Positions 20,473 through 29,441 of a stretch of DNA of 64,000 bases are shown piece by piece. Each line of letters starts with the position of its first letter. The stretch's first letter is position 1. Under the pieces are notes generated by a model that was given only the letters and a program-made list of their open reading frames with translations, did no database searches and was not told the DNA's origin. Origin of the DNA: a virus (lineage: Duplodnaviria; Caudoviricetes); the IMG/VR virus record IMGVR_UViG_3300042386_001493, positions 22,252-86,251 of that record; one strand, written 5' to 3'. The position numbers were made by a program, and so were the translations under genes.

Positions 20473-21145
20473 AGTTATCTAACCTTACCTTTACTTTTTT
20501 ATAATGCGACAAACTTACTGTAGGATCTAAGTATATCTTAAATCCTGCTTTCTGTGCTTTTTTGCACCAAGAAAAATCTTCTCCGTAAGGAATAAAAATT
20601 TCTTTTTCCCCATCTTCTGAAGTCATTTTTTCAAATACTGACTCAAACCATGGTCTTTTTATATTTTCAAATACGCCTTGTTTCATTGCTATAAAACCAA
20701 ATCCTGCAGCAAAAATTTCTTCTTCCTTATTGCTTTTTAAAATTTTATCAATTTCTGTTGCTGCATCTTCTACTGCTACAGAAAACATTGGTACCATTTT
20801 TTCATTAAAATATAAACCAGAAACAATATCTTTATCAGATTCATATATTTTCATAAAGTCTGTTATTTCCCATCCAATATCAGAATCAATCCAAAAAATT
20901 TTATCATATGTTACTTGTCCACGAACTGGGCTATTATTAAAAGGATCGAGATATTGATCCCCCATTGCTGTTGCTTCTCTAGCGGTACTAACCATAGATG
21001 AATATTCATTTAAGAACATATATGAAATACCTACTTGATTTAGATATGAAATAGTTTGTATTAGACTTTTTACATATTCTGCTTCCATATTTCTACCAGG
21101 AGTAGCGATAAGAATATTTACATGTGGATTCATTAGTTTCTCCAA
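20462..21145 (-). CDS. GT-A fold glycosyltransferase-like protein (paralog of 19768..20472)
   Basis: ILIATPG, WIDSDI, GFGFI, RPWF, GEDFSWC. Confidence 0.8.
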   Translation of the reverse strand: MEKLMNPHVNILIATPGRNMEAEYVKSLIQTISYLNQVGISYMFLNEYSSMVSTAREATAMGDQYLDPFNNSPVRGQVTYDKIFWIDSDIGWEITDFMKIYESDKDIVSGLYFNEKMVPMFSVAVEDAATEIDKILKSNKEEEIFAAGFGFIAMKQGVFENIKRPWFESVFEKMTSEDGEKEIFIPYGEDFSWCKKAQKAGFKIYLDPTVSLSHYKKVKVRLDNYGK

Positions 21146-21948
21146 AATTCTTGACCAGAATATTTATTTATTACATATTCAGATAATAGTTCTTGTTTAT
21201 TTATATTTCGACGGGATATAGAAGATCTTACATCATGTTGTCCTATAAGTCCATAGACATTATCATCTTCTTTAATGTTGTTTGCTATATTTGAATAATC
21301 ATGGGTAAATCTTTCAATACCGTAAAAATCATAAATCTTGTTAATTTCTTCTTCTGGATTTGCTATTAAATCATCGTATTCTACAAAATGGAAATACTTT
21401 CTGTTGTCTGGATGCATTGCAAATGCTATACCATATAAGCAGTTATCAATAATGCCTTTTGGTCTCATTAAACTATCACACCTAATATCATCTGCTGGAC
21501 GGTAAAAATTAAATTCCTGTCTTGTCTGTATTTCAGAATCAATAAAATTATTTTTATTTGGATTTTTCTTAACTAGACTTATAAATGATGCAAGGATATC
21601 TGTTATTCCTCTTATTGGTAGTATTATTTTTGGTTCATATCCAAGATTTCTTTGCAATACCCCGAAATGTTCAGGCATTGACCATTCTCTTGATTTATCA
21701 ATAATGATAGGTTTATTTGTATCAGAGTAGTATCCTTCTAATACCCCCATAATTGTATTTGGCATTACTACAGGTTTGGGATATGCAGAGTATTGTTCTG
21801 ATGCCAAAATACTACGTTCTAAATTAAATATCATTCCACACATAGGTGAATTTGCTGATGAATAAATATCAGGATTTTGATTTAATATAGATGATATTAG
21901 AGTACTACCAGATCTTGGAAGACCTGCCATAAAATAAAAATTTTTCAT
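21133..21948 (-). CDS. Sulfotransferase family protein
   Basis: 5'-PSB loop GLPRSGSTL, IIDKSR, R...DILASF, VEYDDL...PEE. Confidence 0.85.
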   Translation of the reverse strand: MKNFYFMAGLPRSGSTLISSILNQNPDIYSSANSPMCGMIFNLERSILASEQYSAYPKPVVMPNTIMGVLEGYYSDTNKPIIIDKSREWSMPEHFGVLQRNLGYEPKIILPIRGITDILASFISLVKKNPNKNNFIDSEIQTRQEFNFYRPADDIRCDSLMRPKGIIDNCLYGIAFAMHPDNRKYFHFVEYDDLIANPEEEINKIYDFYGIERFTHDYSNIANNIKEDDNVYGLIGQHDVRSSISRRNINKQELLSEYVINKYSGQEFWRN

Positions 21949-21995
21949 ATTACCCCCGTAATATCTATTATAGCAGAGAGATATTTTTTTTCAAA

Positions 21996-24900
21996 TTATG
22001 CAAGTTCAATATCAGTTAAATTATAATTAGATATTGGTAATGTCAATGCTTGAGTAGTCCATGTAGCACCATCAGTTGATACATATATGCCTAGGTTTTC
22101 ATTTACTGTTGAGGTATTTATGTCTCCTGATCCTGAAATTGCTGTCCATAGGTTGTTGCCATAGGCTACTGAAAATATATCATTTACAAAGTTTAAGGTT
22201 TTGGTAGTCCAGGTTACTCCATCGGTTGAAGTTCTTAGGGCTCCAAAATTGCCACCTGCTACCCAAATACTGTTTCCGTAGGCTATTGATCGTATAGTTC
22301 CACTTCCAAAGTTTGAAGTTTGTGTGGTCCAGGTTGTGCCATCTGTTGAGGTACGGAGTGTGCCTGAAATTCCACCTGCTATCCAGAGGTTATTTCCGTA
22401 GGCTACTGATATTATACGTGTAGTTCCAAAGTTAGAGGTGCGTGTAGTCCAGGTTATGGCATCGGTTGAGGTGCGCAATTGGCCTCCATCCCCACCTGCT
22501 ATCCAAAGGCTGTTGCCGTAGGCTGCTGACCATATAGTGGTATTTCCAAAGTTAGAGGTTTGGGTAGTCCAGGTAGTGCCGTCTGTTGAGGTACGGAGTT
22601 GTCCTGTATAGCCAGTTGCTACCCAAAGGCTGTTGCCGTAGGCTACTCTTTGTATTTGTGTATTTCCAAAGTTAGAGGTGCGTGTGGTCCAGGTTGTTCC
22701 ATCCGTTGAGGTACGTAACTGGCCTGTATTTCCACCTGCTATCCAAAGATTGTTTCCGTAGTCTACTGAGTTTATCTGTGTATTACCAAAGTTAGAGGTG
22801 CGTGTGGTCCAGGTTGTTCCGTTTGTTGATGTACGGACTTGTCCTGAACCACCACCTGCTACCCACAGGTTATTGCCGTAGGCTACTGATGTTATAAAAG
22901 TATTGCCAAAGTTGGAGGTTTGTGTTACCCATCTATTTGGTGTTTTTCCATCTACATATATTGAATAAGTGTTATTATAAGAATTTACTTTTTCTACCCA
23001 ACCCAAAACTCCTGTTCTAGTTGAGGCATATGTAGAATTTGATGTATTAAATGTATAAAATATTCCTTGATCTGATGCTAATATATCTGTGTTTATTGAT
23101 GTAATAATTGGTGATATTGATGGGGTGTAGGAAATTCGTAGTTGTCCTGCCTCACCACCTATTGCCCATAGGTTGTTGCCGTAGGCTACTGAGTTTATAA
23201 CGGTACTTCCAAAGTTAGAGGTTTGGGTAGTCCAGGTTATGGCATCTATTGAGGTACGTAACTGGCCTGCATCTCCAACTATTGCCCAAAGGTTGTTAGC
23301 GTAGGCTACTGAGTTTATAGTTGTAGCACCAAAGTTAGAGGTGCGGGTGGTCCAAGTTATTGCATCAGTTGAGGTGCGGAGATTGCCTGCCTCACCACCT
23401 GCTACCCAGAGGTTGTTGCCGTAGATTATTTTGTTTATAAGTGAAGCACCAAAGTTTGAGGTTTGGGTGGTCCACGTTATAGCGTCTGTTGAGGTGCGGA
23501 GTTGTCCTGAATATCCACCTGCTATCCAAAGGCTATTACTATAGACTGCTGTGCGTATACCTGAAGTTCCAAAGTTTGAGGTTTGGGTGGTCCATGTTAT
23601 TGTATCTGTTGAGGTACGGAGTTGTCCTGAACCACCAACTGCTACCCAGAGGTTATTTCCGTAGGCTATTTCGTTTATAAGTGAAGCACCAAAGTTTGAG
23701 GTTCTGGTAGTCCATGTTATTGCATCTGTTGAGGTGCGTAGTTGGCCATTAGCCCCTCCTATTACCCAAAGGTTGTTGTTATGGGCTAATGCAAATATAC
23801 TGTCAACAGCAGAAAAGTTAGAGGTTTGGGTAGTCCATGTTATTGCATCTGTTGAGGTGCGTAGTGTGCTAAAGATTCCACTTGCTACCCACAGGTTATT
23901 GCCGTAGGCTATGTCTCTTATAGCAAGGTTTCCAGAAATATTTGAAGTTTGAGTAGTCCATTGCAAATTTTGAATGGTATATGAAATTAAATTATTACTA
24001 GTAACAAAATTATTATCTGCTATTAATCCAAATGCTGTATTTCCAAATGCAGATATTGACTTTATATTGTTGAATAATGGTGTTACGGTTGAGGTGCGGA
24101 CTTGGCCTGCACTACCGCCTGCTACCCAAAGGCTGTTGCCGTAGGCTACTGATTGTATACGTGTATTTCCAAAGTTAGAGGTTTGGGTATCCCAGGTTGT
24201 GCCATCTGTTGAGGTACGGAGTGTGCCTGTGTAGCCAACTGCTATCCATAGGCTGTTGGCGTAGGCTATTGACTCTATGCGTGTAGTTCCAAAGTTGGAG
24301 GTGCGTGTGGCCCAGGTTATGGCATCTGTTGAGGTACGAATTCGGCCATATACTCCACCTGCTACCCAAAGGTTGTTGCCATAGGCTACTGAGAATATAG
24401 TTGTTCCAAAGTTGGAGGTGCGGGTGGCCCAGGTTATGGCATCTGTTGAGGTACGTATTTGGCTTCCAGTACCACCTGCTACCCACAGGTTATTGCCGTA
24501 GGCTATTGCATATATATTTGAGGTTCCAAAGTTGGAGGTTTGGGTGGTCCAAGTTGTGCCATCGGTTGAGGTGCGGATTTGTCCTGTATAGCCGCCTGCT
24601 ACCCAAAGGCTGTTGCCGTAGGCTATTGATTGTATCTCTGTATTACCAAAGTTAGAGGTGCGGGTGGTCCAGGTTATGGCATCTGTTGAGGTGCGGAGTT
24701 GTCCTGTATTACCACCTGCTATCCATAGGCTGTTGGCGTAGGCTACTGATTGTATAAAAGAGGTTCCAAAGTTTGAGGTACGAGTGGTCCAGGTTATGGC
24801 ATCTGTTGAGGTACGGAGTGTGCCTGAACTACCACCTACTACCCACAGGTTATTGCCGTAGGCTACTGATGTTATAAAAAAGTTTCCAAAGTTAGAGGTG

Positions 24901-27161
24901 CGGGTGGTCCAAAAAATTCCTGCCTGATACAAACTTCTATATTGATTATATTGATCTGTATTTCTATCAGAATATAAAAGAGATCCATTTATATTTGATA
25001 TTGCTTTATAGCGTTCTGTTGTTGCTATGCCGCTTGATTTTACGTTGGTATCTACAGAAGCAATAGCATTTAAAATACTAATAGTAGTCCATGATATTCT
25101 ATCAGTAGACACTCTTGTATTTGTTCCTGTTGAAGATGCTACTGTTGATATATTTGGATTATATAATAAGATTGAGGTACGGAGTTGGCCTGACTCTCCA
25201 CCTGCTACCCAAAGGCCGTTTCCATAGGCTACTGATGTTATACTTGAAGTTCCAAAGTTGGAGGTTTGCGTAGTCCAAGTTATTGCATCTGTTGAGGTGC
25301 GGAGTTGGCCTGTATTTCCACCTGCTATCCAAAGATTGTTTCCGTAGTCTACTGAGTTTATCTGTGTATTACCAAAGTTAGAGGTGCGTGTGGTCCAGGT
25401 CGTACCATCCGTTGAGGTACGTAACTGGCCTGTATCCCCACCTATTGTCCATAGGTTGTTGCCATAGGATATTGCTCTTATGGCTGTACTTCCAAAGTTT
25501 GAGGTACGGGTAGTCCAGGTTATGGCATCTGTTGAGGTACGAAGTGTTCCTGTATAGCCGCCTGCTATCCAAAGATTGTTTCCGTAGTTTAACCTTAGTA
25601 TATCCGTATTACCAAAGTTTGAAGTTTGGGTAGTCCAGGTGGTGCCGTCTGTTGATGTTCGTAGTTGTCCTCTATTTCCACCTGCTACCCAGAGGCTGTT
25701 TCCATAGGCTATTGAGTGTATAAAAGAGGTTCCAAAGTTGGAGGTACGAGTGGTCCAGGTTGTGCCATCTGTTGAGGTGCGTAGTGTTCCTGCATTACCA
25801 CCTGCTATCCAAAGGTTATTGCCGTAGGCTATTGAGTATATACGTGTACTTCCAAAGTTGGAGGTGCGGGTATCCCAGGTTGTGCCATCTGTTGAAATTT
25901 GTATTTGTCCAGTATCTCCACCTGCTATCCATAGGCTGTTGCCGTAGGCTACTGAGCGTATTGTTGTGCTTCCAAAGTTAGAGGTTTGTGTATTCCAACT
26001 AGATATTGCATTATTATTTTCAGCAATTTGCACATTATTTATATTACTTGATCCAAATCCAGCATCTATTGTTGTCCATGATATGGAGTCGGTAGAAAAT
26101 AAGAGTCTATTATTGTTCCCGCCGACAATATAATTATTTAAAGTAGGATTATATGAAATATCGTTTAAAGAATCATCTGCTGAAGTGCGGATTTGTCCTT
26201 GATTTCCACCTGCTACCCAGAGGCTGTTGCCATAGGCTACTGAGTATATATCTGAAGTTCCAAAGTTAGAGGTTTGGGTGGTCCAGGTTATGGTATCTGT
26301 TGAGGTGCGCAATTGGCCATATTGCCCACCTGCTACCCAAAGACTGTTGCCGTAGGCTACTGAGAATATACTTGTATTACCAAGGTTTGAGGTTCTGGTA
26401 GTCCAGGTTGTGCCATCTGTTGATGTGCGTAGTTGTCCTGAATTTCCACCTGCTATCCAAAGGTTATTGCCGTAGGCTATTGAGCCTATAGATGTACCAC
26501 CAAAGTTGGAGGTTTGGGTAGTCCAGGTTATGGCATCTGTTGAGGTGCGTAAGGTGCCTGTATTTCCACCTGCTATCCAAAGACTGTTGCCGTAGGCTAT
26601 TGAGCGTATTGCTGAAGTTCCAAAGTTTGAGGTTTGAGTGGTCCAAGTTGTGCCATCTGTTGAGGTGCGCAATTGGCCATATTGCCCACCTGCTACCCAA
26701 AGGCTGTTGCCGTAGGCTACTGAAAATATATTTGTATTACCAAAGTTTGAGGTTTGAGTGGTCCAAGTTGTGCCATCTGTTGAGGTGCGCAATTGGCCTG
26801 TATAGCCGCCTGCTATCCATAGGCTGTTGCCGTAGGCTACTAATCGTATATCCGTATTTCCAAAGTTGGAGGTACGAGTGGTCCAGGTTATGGTATCGGT
26901 TGAGGTGCGAAGTGTGCCAGATTGCCCACCTGCTACCCAAAGGTTATTTCCATAGGCTACTGCTCTTATCTGTGTGTTTCCAAAGTTTGAGGTTTGTGTG
27001 GTCCAGAATGTGCCATTATTTGACGGTATATTAATATCAAAAGTTGTTAAATCTCCAGTAGATGATCTTAATGTTCCATCAGTTCCAGTAATAAAAAGTT
27101 TTTTTAAAAAGTTGAATGTTGATACAAATACAGCGCTAGCAGTAATTCCTAAGATTGGCAT
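21996..27161 (-). CDS. Multi-beta-propeller adhesin / receptor-binding protein (~1721 aa)
   Basis: 35 copies of a 40-aa repeat (WTTxTSNFGxxxIxxxAYGNxLWxAGGxxGxLRTSTDxxT) in five groups of seven. Start MPILGITAS overlaps the upstream stop (TAATG at 27161). Confidence 0.85.
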   Translation of the reverse strand: MPILGITASAVFVSTFNFLKKLFITGTDGTLRSSTGDLTTFDINIPSNNGTFWTTQTSNFGNTQIRAVAYGNNLWVAGGQSGTLRTSTDTITWTTRTSNFGNTDIRLVAYGNSLWIAGGYTGQLRTSTDGTTWTTQTSNFGNTNIFSVAYGNSLWVAGGQYGQLRTSTDGTTWTTQTSNFGTSAIRSIAYGNSLWIAGGNTGTLRTSTDAITWTTQTSNFGGTSIGSIAYGNNLWIAGGNSGQLRTSTDGTTWTTRTSNLGNTSIFSVAYGNSLWVAGGQYGQLRTSTDTITWTTQTSNFGTSDIYSVAYGNSLWVAGGNQGQIRTSADDSLNDISYNPTLNNYIVGGNNNRLLFSTDSISWTTIDAGFGSSNINNVQIAENNNAISSWNTQTSNFGSTTIRSVAYGNSLWIAGGDTGQIQISTDGTTWDTRTSNFGSTRIYSIAYGNNLWIAGGNAGTLRTSTDGTTWTTRTSNFGTSFIHSIAYGNSLWVAGGNRGQLRTSTDGTTWTTQTSNFGNTDILRLNYGNNLWIAGGYTGTLRTSTDAITWTTRTSNFGSTAIRAISYGNNLWTIGGDTGQLRTSTDGTTWTTRTSNFGNTQINSVDYGNNLWIAGGNTGQLRTSTDAITWTTQTSNFGTSSITSVAYGNGLWVAGGESGQLRTSILLYNPNISTVASSTGTNTRVSTDRISWTTISILNAIASVDTNVKSSGIATTERYKAISNINGSLLYSDRNTDQYNQYRSLYQAGIFWTTRTSNFGNFFITSVAYGNNLWVVGGSSGTLRTSTDAITWTTRTSNFGTSFIQSVAYANSLWIAGGNTGQLRTSTDAITWTTRTSNFGNTEIQSIAYGNSLWVAGGYTGQIRTSTDGTTWTTQTSNFGTSNIYAIAYGNNLWVAGGTGSQIRTSTDAITWATRTSNFGTTIFSVAYGNNLWVAGGVYGRIRTSTDAITWATRTSNFGTTRIESIAYANSLWIAVGYTGTLRTSTDGTTWDTQTSNFGNTRIQSVAYGNSLWVAGGSAGQVRTSTVTPLFNNIKSISAFGNTAFGLIADNNFVTSNNLISYTIQNLQWTTQTSNISGNLAIRDIAYGNNLWVASGIFSTLRTSTDAITWTTQTSNFSAVDSIFALAHNNNLWVIGGANGQLRTSTDAITWTTRTSNFGASLINEIAYGNNLWVAVGGSGQLRTSTDTITWTTQTSNFGTSGIRTAVYSNSLWIAGGYSGQLRTSTDAITWTTQTSNFGASLINKIIYGNNLWVAGGEAGNLRTSTDAITWTTRTSNFGATTINSVAYANNLWAIVGDAGQLRTSIDAITWTTQTSNFGSTVINSVAYGNNLWAIGGEAGQLRISYTPSISPIITSINTDILASDQGIFYTFNTSNSTYASTRTGVLGWVEKVNSYNNTYSIYVDGKTPNRWVTQTSNFGNTFITSVAYGNNLWVAGGGSGQVRTSTNGTTWTTRTSNFGNTQINSVDYGNNLWIAGGNTGQLRTSTDGTTWTTRTSNFGNTQIQRVAYGNSLWVATGYTGQLRTSTDGTTWTTQTSNFGNTTIWSAAYGNSLWIAGGDGGQLRTSTDAITWTTRTSNFGTTRIISVAYGNNLWIAGGISGTLRTSTDGTTWTTQTSNFGSGTIRSIAYGNSIWVAGGNFGALRTSTDGVTWTTKTLNFVNDIFSVAYGNNLWTAISGSGDINTSTVNENLGIYVSTDGATWTTQALTLPISNYNLTDIELA
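22090..27005. repeat. 120-bp intragenic tandem repeats in five blocks
   Basis: Periodicity is visible in the raw sequence; blocks are separated by AT-rich unique linkers. Confidence 0.9.
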
Positions 27162-29413
27162 TATGCGCTTAAATCCCCTACAGCCACCCAAGTATTTGCT
27201 GCTCTTTTAACAATTGTGGCGACAGACCATTGTCCTCTTAGTTTTAAACCAGGACTTCCATTTACTGTTGTAGTTGCTGGAGTTACCGCTGCAATTGTTA
27301 TTTGTCCTGCTCCAGTTTGTAAAATATTTATTTGTGATCCTATTGCAAAATTTGCAGTAGCATCTGTTGGTATATTTAGTGTACCCGCAGTTGCTCCATT
27401 ACTTAACTCAAGCCATTTATCTTTATCTGCTAGAACTACTGTGTATGCATTTGTTGTAAATGTAGGTGTTGAAATAGTTAAAGTAGAAGAAGCAAACTCA
27501 ACTGCTTGTGACACCGAATTAAGAGTGCCCCCAACAAGAATTTTGTCATTAGTAGAATCCCAAGCAATTCTGCCATCTGTTGTAGAAGATGTAGTAGATA
27601 GAGTAAGGAGTGGTGTATCAATTGTTGGACTTGTTAAAGTTTTATTTGTAAGGGTTTCAGATACATCTTTAAGAGCAGTTCCATTCATAGAGTATGACTT
27701 ACCAGAAGCAAGATTTATGTGTTCCGATGAAGTCCAAGAATCTGTAGAGTCAACCCAGTTAAAGGTTTTATCGGTTGTGCCTTTAAGTGTAATACCTCCG
27801 CCATCGGCAGTTATGTCTGTTGGAGTTTCTACATCTCCAAGAATAATATTTTTATCTTCAACAACTAGGTTAGTTGAGTTAATATTTGTAGTTGTACCGT
27901 TTACGGTAAAGTTTCCAGATACCGTCAAAGAAGGAACTGTAAATTCTCCAGATGAAGATACATTAGCAAGGATTGTTCCGCTTGAGTTTTGCCATTCTTG
28001 CAGGTTAGCGGTTTGTGATGCTATGCCTCTAATAACTTGTCCAATATTTGTTGTAGCAGTTGTGGTAACTTCCATTTGTGCGCCGTAGTTAGTAGTACCA
28101 CCAGTACGCATTTTTCCAGTTGATGTTACAAAAGATACACCTGTAATAAAATCTGAAACAAATGCGCCATCTGATTGAATTCTTGCCAATAGTGTACCAG
28201 CACTATCCTGCCATTGTTGAAGGTTGGCGGTTTGGGAGGTTGCACCACGAACAACTATCGGAGTAATTGCTGCCGTACCAGCAACAAAACTTCCAACGGC
28301 AGACAAAGTAAATGTTCCACCTGTACCTGCTACATCTGTAAATCCTGAACCAAGAACCGTAAAGGTTGTTGATGTAACTGCTGTGACTGTCCAAGTTCCA
28401 TTGTAAGTGCCACCACTTACTGATGCCACTGTAACTCGCTGACCTGCTTGCACAAGTGATGTGCCACCATAGGTAAAGACTGCAACTGTCGCAGATGTAT
28501 ATGCAGCCGATGTGATTGCCGTAGTAGTTGAACCATTGATGCTTGTGGTAGTCCCTGCGTATATTTGTCCAGCAGAATTAATTCCTGAAAGAACAGTTCC
28601 AGCACTACCCCTCCATTGTTGTAGGTCTGAAGTTTGAGTTGAAATACCTATTACTTGTAAAGATGGATAACTTCCTGCTGTTGATGTGACAGCAAAATAG
28701 GCAGAATTATTTCCTGATTGAAATACTAGTTGGCTTCCTCCGCCACCTACATATCCCATTGAACCTGAAATACGTAAATTACCACTTGCCTGGATTGATG
28801 CCAACGTTGTACCAGCATTATTCTGCCATTGTTGAAGGTCGTTTGATTGTGACGTTGCGCCTCTCACAACTATTCCAGTAGTAGTATTATTTATAGGAAT
28901 TACTGATAATTGTGTTCCTGTTATTAAGGTTCCAAGATTTAGTGCGCCAGTATTTCTTAGGCTTGCCCTTACCGTTCCATCAAAATTGTGCCATTCTTGC
29001 AGGTTAGCGGTTTGAGATTCGGTGCCCTTTACAATTAAACCAATAGTTTCAGCATTAGCAGTAGTAATCTGTTGCACTCCACCAGTAAAAGTATTGGCGG
29101 TAGCAAGATAAGGAACACCAGTAATTGCTGAACCTGCTGGAATTGTTACTGTGCCAGTAAAAGTGGGGGAAGCAAGTGGGGCTTTAGCATCTATCTGAGT
29201 TTGAATTGCTGAAGTTACACCATCTACATAATTTAATTCTGTAGAAGTTGCTGTAAGATCAACGTTCTCGTTAATTTTTGGGGTAGTTAAAGTTTTATTT
29301 GTAAGAGTTTGTGTATCCGATGTGGTAATAACTTGATTACCATTGACCGTAGCAGAGTTTCCTTCTACGATCAAACCATTCTTGACCCTAAAATCTTTAT
29401 TTGTTGTAGTCAC
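27161..29413 (-). CDS. Tail fibre protein with C-terminal adaptor domain
   Basis: Thr/Gly-rich, TLTNKTL motifs, five xQTxxLQxW repeats. C-terminus PGLKLRGQWS...KRAANTWVAVGDL is shared with 38799..39527. Confidence 0.75.
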   Translation of the reverse strand: MTTTNKDFRVKNGLIVEGNSATVNGNQVITTSDTQTLTNKTLTTPKINENVDLTATSTELNYVDGVTSAIQTQIDAKAPLASPTFTGTVTIPAGSAITGVPYLATANTFTGGVQQITTANAETIGLIVKGTESQTANLQEWHNFDGTVRASLRNTGALNLGTLITGTQLSVIPINNTTTGIVVRGATSQSNDLQQWQNNAGTTLASIQASGNLRISGSMGYVGGGGSQLVFQSGNNSAYFAVTSTAGSYPSLQVIGISTQTSDLQQWRGSAGTVLSGINSAGQIYAGTTTSINGSTTTAITSAAYTSATVAVFTYGGTSLVQAGQRVTVASVSGGTYNGTWTVTAVTSTTFTVLGSGFTDVAGTGGTFTLSAVGSFVAGTAAITPIVVRGATSQTANLQQWQDSAGTLLARIQSDGAFVSDFITGVSFVTSTGKMRTGGTTNYGAQMEVTTTATTNIGQVIRGIASQTANLQEWQNSSGTILANVSSSGEFTVPSLTVSGNFTVNGTTTNINSTNLVVEDKNIILGDVETPTDITADGGGITLKGTTDKTFNWVDSTDSWTSSEHINLASGKSYSMNGTALKDVSETLTNKTLTSPTIDTPLLTLSTTSSTTDGRIAWDSTNDKILVGGTLNSVSQAVEFASSTLTISTPTFTTNAYTVVLADKDKWLELSNGATAGTLNIPTDATANFAIGSQINILQTGAGQITIAAVTPATTTVNGSPGLKLRGQWSVATIVKRAANTWVAVGDLSA

Positions 29414-29441
29414 TGAAGTTCCCTATCCCCTCAGATACATA

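Noticed and set aside
23489-27034. Alternative-frame repetitive ORFs (MGSRW..., RCG...LL)
   Set aside because: By-products of the coding repeat in other frames; no start signals.
21996-27161. 120-bp repeats as a CRISPR array or DGR template/variable pair
   Set aside because: The repeats are contiguous, in frame and protein-coding, with no unique spacers. No cas or reverse transcriptase gene is in the window, and differences are not obviously adenine-restricted.
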